Position numbers and translations under genes: made by a program. From positions 789,698-853,697 of the forward strand of contig CP064975.1 of the NCBI GenBank assembly GCA_016699425.1: DNA of 64,000 bases, read 5' to 3'. The DNA is from Candidatus Moraniibacteriota bacterium. GTDB taxonomy: Bacteria; Patescibacteriota; Minisyncoccia; Moranbacterales; UBA1568. The notes beneath the pieces are model-generated. The model did no database searches and was not told the origin of the DNA. It was given only the letters and a program-made list of their open reading frames with translations. Each line of letters opens with the position of its first letter. The stretch's first letter is position 1. Below are positions 1 to 9,493 of this stretch, piece after piece.

Positions 1-1
1 C

Positions 2-1471
2 ATGAAGGAACTCCATGATACGGCATTTCGAAGACTGCTTCGTCACTCGTACCACTTCTTTTCCAATAATTTCTCAGGGAGCATAGTCGCTAAAGCAAAG
101 CGTTTTACCCGATCGTTCGAAACCTTTTTCGATGTCGTCAGTTTCCAACTCTGGTTCTCTTTGTTGGTATTGACCGGTATTATTGTTGTGCTGTTCATCA
201 AAGCACCGGTTTTGGCGTGGATATTTCTTGCCTGGACCGCCGTGTACATTTTCATCACCGGCTTGTTTATCCGGAAGAAAATAGGATATGACCTGAGTGA
301 AGCGGAAGCAGACTCTTCTGTTACCGCTCGCCTAGCCGATTCCATACTCAACGTCCTCAACATCAAAGTGTTCGGTGCCGATAAGCAGGAAAGGAAAAGC
401 TTCCAGGCCGTTACGGCAGATGAGGAAGAGAAGCGTCGCCGGGCGTGGAACTATGGTAACTTTCAGTATACTGTCCAAGGGTGCCTCATGGGAATCTTGC
501 AGGTCTCTGTTATTTTTCTTTCTATACGGCTCTGGTCTGCAGGAGAGCTTTCCATTGGCATGATCGTGCTGTTGCAGCTTTACATGCTTAATTTGTTTGA
601 TATTCTCTGGAACCTTGGGAAATCTCTTACTAAAGCAGTGAAGGCGATGACCGAGATGAAAGAAGTGGTGGATATTTTTGACTTGCCTATTGAAATTGCT
701 GACCCAGCCTCTCCGCAAAAGCTAGCGATTAAAGATGGCCATATTGTTTTTAATGACGTTACCTTTCGGTATCAGGACGGCGTATCTGTTTTTGAAAGTT
801 TCTCGCTTGAAATACAGCCGGGAGAGCGCATCGGCCTGGTTGGGCACTCTGGCGCCGGCAAATCAACCATTACCAAGCTTCTTCTTCGGTTCGCTGATGT
901 TAACCAAGGAAGTATTCTTATTGATGGCCAAGACATCCGGACACTGACTCAAAACGACCTACGCTCCGTTATCTCTTATGTACCCCAAGATTCCATTTTG
1001 TTTCACAGGAGCATTCGGGAAAATATCGCCTACGGAAAGCCAGAAGCCACTGACCAAGAAATCCAAGAAGTGGCTAAAAAAGCCCATGCCCATGGATTCA
1101 TTGCCAAACTCTCTAATGGCTACGAAACATTGGTAGGAGAGCGCGGCGTAAAACTCTCGGGCGGTGAACGCCAGCGCGTCGCCATTGCGAGGGCAATGCT
1201 AAAGAATTCTCCCATCCTTGTCCTGGACGAAGCGACCAGTTCTCTTGATAGTGTGAGTGAGGCTTATATTCAAGAAGCTTTCATCGAACTTATGAAGGAA
1301 AAAACCACGCTCGTGATTGCTCACCGCTTAAGTACCATTCAAAAAATGGATAGAATTGTCGTCCTGGAGGACGGCGCTATTGTTGAAGTTGGTACCCACA
1401 AAGAATTGCTTGCCAAACAAGGCGTATACGCGAATCTTTGGAGTCATCAGAGTGGAGGCTTCATCGAATAG
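2..1471 (+). CDS. ABC transporter permease/ATP-binding protein (MsbA-like exporter), 5'-truncated at window edge
   Basis: TM region then Walker A GHSGAGKST, ABC signature LSGGERQR, Walker B ILVLDEATS; ORF runs from window start. Confidence 0.85.
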   Translation: MKELHDTAFRRLLRHSYHFFSNNFSGSIVAKAKRFTRSFETFFDVVSFQLWFSLLVLTGIIVVLFIKAPVLAWIFLAWTAVYIFITGLFIRKKIGYDLSEAEADSSVTARLADSILNVLNIKVFGADKQERKSFQAVTADEEEKRRRAWNYGNFQYTVQGCLMGILQVSVIFLSIRLWSAGELSIGMIVLLQLYMLNLFDILWNLGKSLTKAVKAMTEMKEVVDIFDLPIEIADPASPQKLAIKDGHIVFNDVTFRYQDGVSVFESFSLEIQPGERIGLVGHSGAGKSTITKLLLRFADVNQGSILIDGQDIRTLTQNDLRSVISYVPQDSILFHRSIRENIAYGKPEATDQEIQEVAKKAHAHGFIAKLSNGYETLVGERGVKLSGGERQRVAIARAMLKNSPILVLDEATSSLDSVSEAYIQEAFIELMKEKTTLVIAHRLSTIQKMDRIVVLEDGAIVEVGTHKELLAKQGVYANLWSHQSGGFIE

Positions 1472-1747
1472 AGCCATATTCATTTCTTTGATAGAGGTTA
1501 TCCCGCACGGGATGCGTCGAAGAAAATCTTGAAATCGTGCTAAAATCTCCTTAACTGGCTTGATTTCTGGAGGTTCTAACTCGAGATGGCCCGCAGCGTA
1601 ACAAAGTGAAGCAAGGATGAGGAGAAAGTGCCCTGCGGCACTTTCGTGAGGGTGAGAAAGACGGAGCGATGTTTTGCCGAGCACGCAAAACCGCGAGTCG
1701 GGGTCGCGGAAGTTCATGAGCGACGGCGAGTGAACTATCTGTGACCG

Positions 1748-1764
1748 AATCCCTCCCTCTCCGC
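1748..1764 (+). repeat. 17-nt GC-rich motif AATCCCTCCCTCTCCGC (copy 1), tRNA-3'-end-like
   Basis: near-identical copies at 1855-1871 and 3886-3902 (latter preceded by GTTCGAATCC T-loop-like sequence); sits in 480-bp non-coding spacer. Confidence 0.4.
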
Positions 1765-1854
1765 CATGACCAATCCCCGGGCCTCTTCAGAGGTTTGGGG
1801 ATTTGTTCTATAGTGGAGAGGAAGGAGATGAGAAGTTTATACCCCGGAGGGGTA

Positions 1855-1871
1855 AATCCCTCCCTCTCCGC
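1855..1871 (+). repeat. 17-nt motif AATCCCTCCCTCTCCGC (copy 2)
   Basis: exact repeat of 1748-1764. Confidence 0.4.
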
Positions 1872-1951
1872 AGAAGGAAAATTTTTATTCTGTTTTTGAG
1901 AAGAAGCAGTAAAGCGTAATAGGAAGATACTAGGGACTTCCATTTTAAGCT

Positions 1952-2644
1952 ATGCCTGAACCAACCTGGCCAAAATCTGAAAAACCAGAGGAAGAACCGA
2001 GGGAGAAGCTCTCTGAAACCTTGCTTGGATATGACAATCCAAAAATGGCAGAAATCTTAGCCGAGACCGAGGAGGTCTTCAGTCACAATATAAGTGCTTC
2101 TAATGGAATGACGCATCTTTACGGCGATCTTGCCTACCCCCTTATGCCGCCAGAATTTGTGAGATTGCTCGATACCATAAAAGGAGAGGTACAGGGTGGA
2201 ATATTCGTAGATGCCGGATGCGGGAGTTCACCTGATGTACGAGCCGCCGGAAGACTCGGGATCAATAGAGTGGTAGGCATAGATCTTTTGTCACGGCCGG
2301 CCGATAGTCCTGACCCAAAAATTCAGCCCTATACTGAAGATGAGTTCTGGCAAGGGAAGACGATCCTTAAGATTGGAGATGAGATTACCAGAGGATTGGC
2401 TCGTATGAAATCGAGCATGGTTAATATAGTGCATATGCGAGCCCTGGATATTTTTTCAGGGGATGAAGAGCTTTGCCTCGATGAAATACACAGGGTATTA
2501 AAGGATGGTGGATATTTTATCCTCGACAGTAGCGGGAACTCTATATTCCGTAAGTTCGACCTGAATAAATTCGAGGAAGTTATCAATTATGGCGATGAAA
2601 TGAGAATACTCAAGAAAAAGACAATGGAAGATTTGGTTAAATAA
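1952..2644 (+). CDS. class I SAM-dependent methyltransferase (putative)
   Basis: motif I-like IFVDAGCGSS and post-I VLKDGGYFIL; start codon uncertain. Confidence 0.55.
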   Translation: MPEPTWPKSEKPEEEPREKLSETLLGYDNPKMAEILAETEEVFSHNISASNGMTHLYGDLAYPLMPPEFVRLLDTIKGEVQGGIFVDAGCGSSPDVRAAGRLGINRVVGIDLLSRPADSPDPKIQPYTEDEFWQGKTILKIGDEITRGLARMKSSMVNIVHMRALDIFSGDEELCLDEIHRVLKDGGYFILDSSGNSIFRKFDLNKFEEVINYGDEMRILKKKTMEDLVK

Positions 2645-2670
2645 TATTAATAAATCGAGAAAAATACACT

Positions 2671-3108
2671 ATGGCAACAATCAATCCTTATATTAACTTC
2701 AACGGAAATGCCGAAGAAGCGTTTACGTTTTACAAATCCATTTTCGGTGGAGAATTCGCTGGTATTACTCGTTTCAAAGACATAGCAAGCGCCGAGTTCC
2801 CAGTACCCGAAAATGAGGCAAATAAAATAATGCGCATTGCTCTGCCTATCGGCAAAAACATGTTAATTGCCAATGACGTTCCAGAAAGCATGGGACGGGT
2901 GAGCGAAAACGAGAACAGATCCAAAATAGCAGTCAGCGCAGAAAGCAAAGAAGAGGCCGATAGAATATGGAGCGGCCTTTCGGCAGGTGGGGCAGTCGAG
3001 ATGCCGATGGCAGAAAGCCCTTGGGGCACCTATTTTGCAATGTTTAGAGACAAATATGGCATTGAATGGACCGTGGAATTTGATCCAAAAAATAACGGAA
3101 AAAAATAA
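2671..3108 (+). CDS. VOC/glyoxalase superfamily protein (PhnB-like)
   Basis: N-terminus INPYINFNGNAEEAFTFYKSIFGG typical of PhnB/VOC family. Confidence 0.65.
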   Translation: MATINPYINFNGNAEEAFTFYKSIFGGEFAGITRFKDIASAEFPVPENEANKIMRIALPIGKNMLIANDVPESMGRVSENENRSKIAVSAESKEEADRIWSGLSAGGAVEMPMAESPWGTYFAMFRDKYGIEWTVEFDPKNNGKK

Positions 3109-3213
3109 TCATAACTTAGACTCGCGTGCCTCAGTAGAGTCTTAAAAAGACTCCCAGATTACCCTTCAACGGCCTTATCACTGGGTACTGAACCCGAGTG
3201 GCCCGCCAAGAAT

Positions 3214-3867
3214 ATGAAAAACATCTTGGACATAGATGATCTGTATCGGGCAACTATTATGGTTCTCAGCGACCGTCCTCATGAAACGGTTGACGCTGCT
3301 TTCTATCATGCCCGCTCTCGGGGGGATGAATTACACGAGTTTGTCGCAACTCTTTTCCTGAAAGAACACGTGATGGAGAAAGTTGTCATTAACGGCTCGG
3401 ATGGGCGGCACAAGGAAATGAATGATCCGGGAGCGGTTTGGCTTGGCGCGAATGCATGGGCATCGTCACTCAGAATGCGGGGCGTTTCCTCGCGGATTAT
3501 TCTGCATACTCCTCCTGCCTATGATACGCGAGAAGAAAGTCTCGCTTTCATTACTCTTGCTCAGAAGAAGGGCTGGAAAAGTGCAGTGATAGTCTCGCAG
3601 CCGCACCAGGTCCTGCGAGCCATGCTCAATGCGGTGGCGGCCATGCAGGAGCTCGGATACACCATGCGGATCTATGCTGTAGCGCCAAGTTCTGTTGCGT
3701 GGGAGAAGCTCGTCTACGGATCCCAAGGAGAGGAATGCTTGCCGCTCTCTGAACATATCCTGCCAGAGCGAAACCGCATCATCTCTTCTCATCGTGAGTA
3801 TAAGCTCCTCCCGATTCTTCCACGCCTCTTTCAGTATTGGAAAGATCGCGAGAAGATTCAAAGTTAA
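3214..3867 (+). CDS. DUF218/YdcF-like domain protein
   Basis: SAVIVSQPHQVLRA resembles DUF218 conserved core. Confidence 0.45.
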   Translation: MKNILDIDDLYRATIMVLSDRPHETVDAAFYHARSRGDELHEFVATLFLKEHVMEKVVINGSDGRHKEMNDPGAVWLGANAWASSLRMRGVSSRIILHTPPAYDTREESLAFITLAQKKGWKSAVIVSQPHQVLRAMLNAVAAMQELGYTMRIYAVAPSSVAWEKLVYGSQGEECLPLSEHILPERNRIISSHREYKLLPILPRLFQYWKDREKIQS

Positions 3868-3885
3868 TCGCATACTGATAGTTCG

Positions 3886-3902
3886 AATCCCGCCCTCTCC
3901 GC
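3886..3902 (+). repeat. 17-nt motif AATCCCGCCCTCTCCGC (copy 3) with upstream GTTCGAATCC, tRNA 3'-fragment-like
   Basis: GTTCGAATCC is the canonical tRNA T-loop sequence but flanking T-stem does not pair; lies at left edge of AT-rich island. Confidence 0.4.
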
Positions 3903-3987
3903 ACTGAGTATTTATTATCGGATGACCCGAGTGCCCGAAGATATAGGGCATGTAGATTATAGTCCCCGGAGGGTGTAAAGTTTCAAC

Positions 3988-4536
3988 ATGGATGAATCCA
4001 AAGATCCACTATTAAGTGAGCAAGAGGGTGTCTCAACAGGAGGATATGAATACTCCTTTGTTGCTATTCCCAAGCGCCACATAGTGATCGTCGCTGCCTA
4101 TATCCAACTGATATGGAAAGTGAAGAATTTTGAGAAAACAGTTTCCCCTGAGCAGGTGCTCGAAAATACAAAATCCCTTTTCCGGGAGAACCAAGATAGG
4201 ATTTCCGATAGTCTGTGGAAGGAACACTGCGCCGGATCTTTGAGAGAACTATTAGATTGCCACATGTCAGATCTGCCCTATGCACTTGCATCTCTACCTC
4301 CTCAAACGAACAGTACCGGGCAGCGCGAGCAGATATATGCGGACCTACAGTTATATAAGGAGTTTCTCAATGACCTCGCTCATTTGCAGGGAAACTCTGC
4401 TCTCAAGAATGCACGGTTGATACTGGGAGATACTACCCTGGCAGACATCGACGACAGAGTATTTGATAAAATATGCACACAGTTCATCGACCTGCTCTAT
4501 AGTCTCTTCAGACAACATTGTATGAAAGGCGACTAA
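3988..4536 (+). CDS. hypothetical protein (first gene of AT-rich island operon)
   Basis: 182-aa ORF, 4-nt gap to next ORF, visibly lower G+C than flanks. Confidence 0.5.
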   Translation: MDESKDPLLSEQEGVSTGGYEYSFVAIPKRHIVIVAAYIQLIWKVKNFEKTVSPEQVLENTKSLFRENQDRISDSLWKEHCAGSLRELLDCHMSDLPYALASLPPQTNSTGQREQIYADLQLYKEFLNDLAHLQGNSALKNARLILGDTTLADIDDRVFDKICTQFIDLLYSLFRQHCMKGD

Positions 4537-4540
4537 TACT

Positions 4541-7500
4541 ATGAACCAAATCGATTTACATAAAAAAATTGACGAATTAGTAAAAAAATCACCCCTTCTG
4601 GAAATGAAGGAGGAAGTTTCTGTATTCATGGAAAATGAGGATGCGAAAAGCTATTTTTATTCTACTGCAGATGAAAAATGGCTTCCTTGGCTTTGGAAAA
4701 ATTCATTTTTGGAATCAATAAAGGAAAAAGCTCAAGACTTAGATCGCTACAGTTACCGTACCCCAGAGCTGAACTACTTGGCCCGTATGGCTGAAAAGGA
4801 TCCAAAAACGGTAACTGATATTTTATTGGATACCCCGATTTCTTCTAGTAATTTCAATCCGGAAGTAGTTGATAGATTCTTTTGGATAGCTAGTGAGTTA
4901 CCAGCGGAAGAGCTGACAAGAGTAATTCCAAAAATGCGCGATGAGAAATGGATCTTCCTCATGAACAATTTTAATAGTCACGTTGGCTTCAAATTTGAAA
5001 GCATGTTTAAGACACTAAGCAAGGCAGGCGACGATAAGCATGCCCTTATTCTTAGTGATATACTCTTTGAAGTTCGGAAAAAAGATGCCCCAGAAGAAGA
5101 CAAGGACTTGTGGACCGAGAACCCATTTTACTTTAAAGACCTGGAATATTCTGGGGTATTCGATTTCCTTGAAGAAGTAAATGAAAAATATCTTAGTGAG
5201 TCGCTATCCTTAGTATCGAGTACGATGGGAAAGGTGATTCTGTTTAATGCAGATAAGCGTGAGCCTCGAAGCGCATTTTCTGTTGGTGATGGCCTGGCTT
5301 TTTACGAAATAGACTTTTTCTCGCTGGAAACAGGTCAGAAAAAACATACATCTTATCGTGATGATGTACGAGACCTCGTAGCGACCATGAAAACATTGGC
5401 AATACGCGCCTTTAAAGAGAGCTGTCCTGATAAGGAAAAAACGCAAGCTATTTTTGATGCTTACATAGCTACACTACCAGATAGTCAGGCTATGTGGCGC
5501 TTTCGCCTATTCGTTTATAGCCTCTGTCCAGATATTTTTAGTAAAGATATCAAGAAGGCCCTACTCCGTCTTTCAGAGGTCGAAAATCCGCACGATATTA
5601 CTATGGGAGCAGAATATCAACAACTCCTAAGACGGAGTTTAGATTTGTTTTCTGATCCAGAAAAGCAGAAGTTTAAAGAGGTTATTCTAGGAACTTTTTC
5701 AGACTTAGGTAATGAAAAACTTTCCAAGGGGGATGTATTTGGTATATTTTCTATCATTCAAAATTGGCTGACTGAAGAGGAGAAGGAGAAGGCTGAAAAA
5801 TATATTGGCCAAACACTGAAATCAGATTTCCAGCCAGAGCCCATGATTGGAAAAATGCGAGGTGGTTACGTTCAAGAGAAATCAGTGGTGTCTTCTGAAG
5901 AGTTGGCAGCTATGAGTGTGGTTGATATTTCTAAGAAACTGCAGAAAGATTGGATACCAAAAAATTTAACACGCGAAGAATATACTGAGAGCTCTATTAT
6001 TGAATATAGTGCAGAAGGCTTAGGAAAGGCGATCCAGGATGACATGACTAAGAGATTCCAAGATTACATCCAGAACGCCCCTCTGTTCTTTGAACGGGAA
6101 TTATTGGATGCGCACTATACTTACATCTTTGTACGAGGTGTCTATGAGGTTATTAAAAATACGAAAGGAAGTTTGGATATTGAGTGGGAAGGGCTATTCG
6201 GTCTAATTTCGTCAGTCATTACTTCATTTGAAAAGATTCCTGTAGAAGATGGAAAGAGAAAAAGAGATGGGGGGCACGTTTGGCTGGCTGGCTGGGATGC
6301 GGTGCATAACGCCATGGCAGAGGTAATGGAAGTGCTCCTTAAACAACGTGAGGATAAGACGGATGTAATCGAATTCAAAAAGTACAGAGATAAAATCCTA
6401 GTAATAATTAGATACCTTTTGGCGCATCCAAATCCTGATTTGGAAAGCGAGGTGTGCACGCCTCGATCAAATCAATCTTCAACTGGGAAGGGCCAATACG
6501 ATTGTTCCGATCCTTTCACTCACGCAATTAACTCTGTTCGTGGAAAAGCTTTTGAAGCATTAATAAGCTTTGTCTATAAGGACGGAGAACAATTTCCGAA
6601 AGAAGCTCCTGTAAAAGTTTCTTCTGATGTCGTAGCTATATACGAAGAACTTCTTGGTCGGGAAAATACCCGGGCAATTATGTTTTTGTTTGGGCATTAC
6701 TTGCCCTCTATCTACTTCCGTGACAAAAAATGGACTAGGACTTTATTCGATAAGTTATTCGGATTCGATACGCCTAAGCGAGACCTTGCTCTTGCGGCAT
6801 GGGAAGGCTACTTAACGAATAATCTTTACAACGAGATCTTCCAAGAATTGGAACCTTATTACTCTCGTGCTATTGAATTAAAACGAGAAGATTATACTCC
6901 ACGAGAGTATTTCAAGGATCTTGATGAAGTATTAGCAACGCATGTCGCGCTAGCTTTTATGCATTTTCCCCAGTTCACTTATGAATCAGCGCTTTTTAAA
7001 AAGTTCTGGCAAGAAAAGAATCTTAAAAGACAGACTGAATTTATCTCATTTATCGGTCGTTATTCTATATCTCGAGACCAGGCTAAGGAATGGTTAAAGA
7101 AAAGTAAAATAGATTCTAAGAAGTTGGAAAGTTTTTGGGATTGGATTTTAGAGGCACCAGTAGATCCAAAGGTGTTTGAATCATTTGGATTTTGGATGGA
7201 TGCCGAATGGAATGTTTTTGATCCTGCTTGGCAAGCTGAGCGCACACGAAAGACGCTAGAAAAAACAGGTGGTGCAATAGAGTGGAATCATAATCTTCAA
7301 GAATCGCTCCCTATCTTCGCAAAGGTATCCCCTCAAGACACTCTAACAATACTGAAATTGCATCTAGAATATGTTGCTAAGAAAGCTCCGCAACAGGGTT
7401 GGTTTCATCTTGATGACAAAGTTCAAGAAGTATTTCAGTTCCTCTACGAAAATCCTGAGACTAAAAAAGGAACTTACAACCTCATAGATATTTTATTGCC

Positions 7501-7549
7501 GCTTAGTAATGGAATGTTCTGGAAACTTAAAGATATCGTGAAGGAGTAA
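4541..7549 (+). CDS. large hypothetical protein (1002 aa), no recognisable catalytic motifs
   Basis: 3-kb uninterrupted ORF, AT-rich codon usage, followed by strong intrinsic terminator; no Walker/nuclease motifs found by eye. Confidence 0.7.
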   Translation: MNQIDLHKKIDELVKKSPLLEMKEEVSVFMENEDAKSYFYSTADEKWLPWLWKNSFLESIKEKAQDLDRYSYRTPELNYLARMAEKDPKTVTDILLDTPISSSNFNPEVVDRFFWIASELPAEELTRVIPKMRDEKWIFLMNNFNSHVGFKFESMFKTLSKAGDDKHALILSDILFEVRKKDAPEEDKDLWTENPFYFKDLEYSGVFDFLEEVNEKYLSESLSLVSSTMGKVILFNADKREPRSAFSVGDGLAFYEIDFFSLETGQKKHTSYRDDVRDLVATMKTLAIRAFKESCPDKEKTQAIFDAYIATLPDSQAMWRFRLFVYSLCPDIFSKDIKKALLRLSEVENPHDITMGAEYQQLLRRSLDLFSDPEKQKFKEVILGTFSDLGNEKLSKGDVFGIFSIIQNWLTEEEKEKAEKYIGQTLKSDFQPEPMIGKMRGGYVQEKSVVSSEELAAMSVVDISKKLQKDWIPKNLTREEYTESSIIEYSAEGLGKAIQDDMTKRFQDYIQNAPLFFERELLDAHYTYIFVRGVYEVIKNTKGSLDIEWEGLFGLISSVITSFEKIPVEDGKRKRDGGHVWLAGWDAVHNAMAEVMEVLLKQREDKTDVIEFKKYRDKILVIIRYLLAHPNPDLESEVCTPRSNQSSTGKGQYDCSDPFTHAINSVRGKAFEALISFVYKDGEQFPKEAPVKVSSDVVAIYEELLGRENTRAIMFLFGHYLPSIYFRDKKWTRTLFDKLFGFDTPKRDLALAAWEGYLTNNLYNEIFQELEPYYSRAIELKREDYTPREYFKDLDEVLATHVALAFMHFPQFTYESALFKKFWQEKNLKRQTEFISFIGRYSISRDQAKEWLKKSKIDSKKLESFWDWILEAPVDPKVFESFGFWMDAEWNVFDPAWQAERTRKTLEKTGGAIEWNHNLQESLPIFAKVSPQDTLTILKLHLEYVAKKAPQQGWFHLDDKVQEVFQFLYENPETKKGTYNLIDILLPLSNGMFWKLKDIVKE

Positions 7550-7561
7550 TTTTGGAATAGT

Positions 7562-7587
7562 AAAAACCGCCTGTGAGGGCGGTTTTT
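7562..7587. terminator. bidirectional rho-independent terminator
   Basis: AAAAACCGCC-TGTGAG-GGCGGTTTTT hairpin between convergent ORFs. Confidence 0.6.
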
Positions 7588-7597
7588 ACTAAGTTAC

Positions 7598-7933
7598 TTA
7601 TTGGATATTCACGAGTGTCTTACAGCCCGTATCCATAGTGCCCGTTACTTTCGCTTCTTGTTCTAGGAACTCACAGGAAGCTTTCTTGTCGAAGTTCTGC
7701 CAGTTAATCTTTCCATGGGTTGGCTTATCGATGAAGTAGGTAAGCACAACATCGTTTTTCTTGTTTCCATAACGATCAGTTGTTTCGGCATAGTACCAGA
7801 CAATGACATCGTAGGCCTGGATACTCGGAACATCGTACACCGTTTGGAAGATGGAGGTGGAAAGTTCTCCTGTATCCCTGAGAAGCGAGTTTTTACTGTA
7901 GAAGCTTTTGAGGTCAACTTTAACCGTCACCAT
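7598..7933 (-). CDS. hypothetical protein (111 aa)
   Basis: ORF convergent with 1002-aa gene, shares terminator. Confidence 0.4.
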   Translation of the reverse strand: MVTVKVDLKSFYSKNSLLRDTGELSTSIFQTVYDVPSIQAYDVIVWYYAETTDRYGNKKNDVVLTYFIDKPTHGKINWQNFDKKASCEFLEQEAKVTGTMDTGCKTLVNIQ

Positions 7934-8247
7934 TTTGGTATCTTTGGGACGAGAAAGCCAGCTATACCAAGCTTGGGTTTGAGAAGCCGGTTCTAGAGAA
8001 GGATGTTATCCTCGGATTCGGCCTCCAAGATGCCAAATCAGGCCGAGGAGAGTATGAGAGCCATCATGAACTCCAGAAACTTCTCAAAGATGCTCTAAGC
8101 CCTACAAATTGGCGTCTCATGAGCGATGGAGTCACTTATCGCCTTGGATTCCTCCAAGGGCGCTTAAGGGGCGTAGAAGGTGAGGAAAAGCTCAAAGACC
8201 TCCTAGAATCCGAGCAAAAGAAAAGAGACAAGAAAGTAATTAAATAG
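7924..8247 (+). pseudogene. start-less ORF remnant (about 107 codons, no in-frame ATG/GTG/TTG before codon 66)
   Basis: open frame from stop at 7921 to TAG 8245-8247 translating ...VILGFGLQDAKSGRGEYESHHELQKLLKDALSPTNWRL...; only in-frame start gives 42 aa. Confidence 0.3.
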
Positions 8248-8260
8248 CATTAATACCTCT

Positions 8261-8848
8261 ATGCACCGAAAACCATTTCTCCAGCTTCTCAAAGAATACG
8301 AGTTAACAGCTTCTCCTGACGAGAAAGAAGCTGTCGCAGAGCTTATTCAATATGTTTCAGAAAATCCAAACTGCTTCGGACGAGAAGCGAAAGATGGTGC
8401 CAAACATATTGCTGCTTCGGTCTTGCTCATCACGAGAGATTTCAAGAAAGCACTCTTTCTCTGGCATACAAAGATAGGGAGGTGGACACAGCCAGGTGGC
8501 CATGCCGATGGCAATCCCGACTTGCAAGGCGTTGCGCTCAAAGAGCTTGAGGAAGAAACAGGAATTACAGGCGCTCAGCTGGTGAGGCCCGCTCCCTTGG
8601 ACATCTACCGCTTTGATTATCCGTCTGAAGTCTTCGGTTATCGGAAAAGTATTTACAATCTTTGTTTTGCTGCTTTCCTGCCAGAAGGACAGGAGCCAAA
8701 GATAATGGAGCCTGAGAAATGTAAGGAAATGCACTTGGCTACTCCCGAAGAAGCCTTGGTCATGATTCAATCCGTGCATCATGAAGGGACAGAGCGACTC
8801 ATCCGAAAATGGCAGGCTTTGGCAAAGAAAAAAGAAGCAAGGGCGTAG
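8261..8848 (+). CDS. NUDIX hydrolase
   Basis: Nudix box GGHADGNPDLQGVALKELEEETGI. Confidence 0.8.
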   Translation: MHRKPFLQLLKEYELTASPDEKEAVAELIQYVSENPNCFGREAKDGAKHIAASVLLITRDFKKALFLWHTKIGRWTQPGGHADGNPDLQGVALKELEEETGITGAQLVRPAPLDIYRFDYPSEVFGYRKSIYNLCFAAFLPEGQEPKIMEPEKCKEMHLATPEEALVMIQSVHHEGTERLIRKWQALAKKKEARA

Positions 8849-8866
8849 CAATGCTTCTTTCGAAGT

Positions 8867-9493
8867 TCAATCTTTCCGAGCGAGGACCCAGAGGTGGCTT
8901 TCGGCGCTGCCGAAGTCTTTCTCATTGGCCATCTTCAGTATCGTGAAGCCGCTTTCCGTGATCATTCGCATGTTCGTTTCGGCATCAAAGAAACTCCAGG
9001 CCATCTCCGCACCGCAGAACGATTCTCGTTCTTTGTAGGGAACGTCCTCGGTACCAACCGTGATGAGAAGGTGCCCTTTCGGCTTGAGAAGTGCGCCGAC
9101 CTTTGAGAGCAATTCTTGGTGCCGCTCTCTTGGTACGTGGAAGAGCGAATACAGGGCGATCGCTCCATCGTAGTGCAGAGGAGTGAAAGGATGGTTCAGG
9201 AAGTCGCCCAGGATGTACTCTGCTTCCGGAACGCTCTTCTTGGCTTTCTTGAGATGCTTCGAAGAAAGCTCGATACCTGTCACCGAGAAACCCTGTTGTA
9301 CCAGGTAGAGGTCGTAGGGCACTCCAGGACCGGAACCAAGATCCAGCACGCTTGATTGCGCTGGAAGATTTGATCGCAGCTCTTCGAAGAACCCGGCCTC
9401 AAAGTCATTGAGTGACTGACGATTGCGGTAGACCACTTCGTAGTCACCCTTTTCGTAGCCTCGTTTCACTATATCCTGCATTTTCTTCTTCAC
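8867..9493 (-). CDS. class I SAM-dependent methyltransferase
   Basis: motif I VLDLGSGPG, post-I and motif II spacing typical. Confidence 0.8.
   Translation of the reverse strand: MKKKMQDIVKRGYEKGDYEVVYRNRQSLNDFEAGFFEELRSNLPAQSSVLDLGSGPGVPYDLYLVQQGFSVTGIELSSKHLKKAKKSVPEAEYILGDFLNHPFTPLHYDGAIALYSLFHVPRERHQELLSKVGALLKPKGHLLITVGTEDVPYKERESFCGAEMAWSFFDAETNMRMITESGFTILKMANEKDFGSAESHLWVLARKD

Noticed and set aside
1472-1951. Possible tmRNA in the 480-bp spacer (because of the tRNA-3'-like motifs)
   Set aside because: No 5' strand pairs with the acceptor-like 3' ends. The only short frame ending in AA-stop reads GGSNSRWPAA, which does not resemble a proteolysis tag.
3830-3903. Complete tRNA gene ending at GTTCGAATCCCGCCCTCTCCGCA
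   Set aside because: The five bases on either side of the TTCGAAT loop do not pair, and no D-arm is present. Only a tRNA-3'-like fragment is kept.
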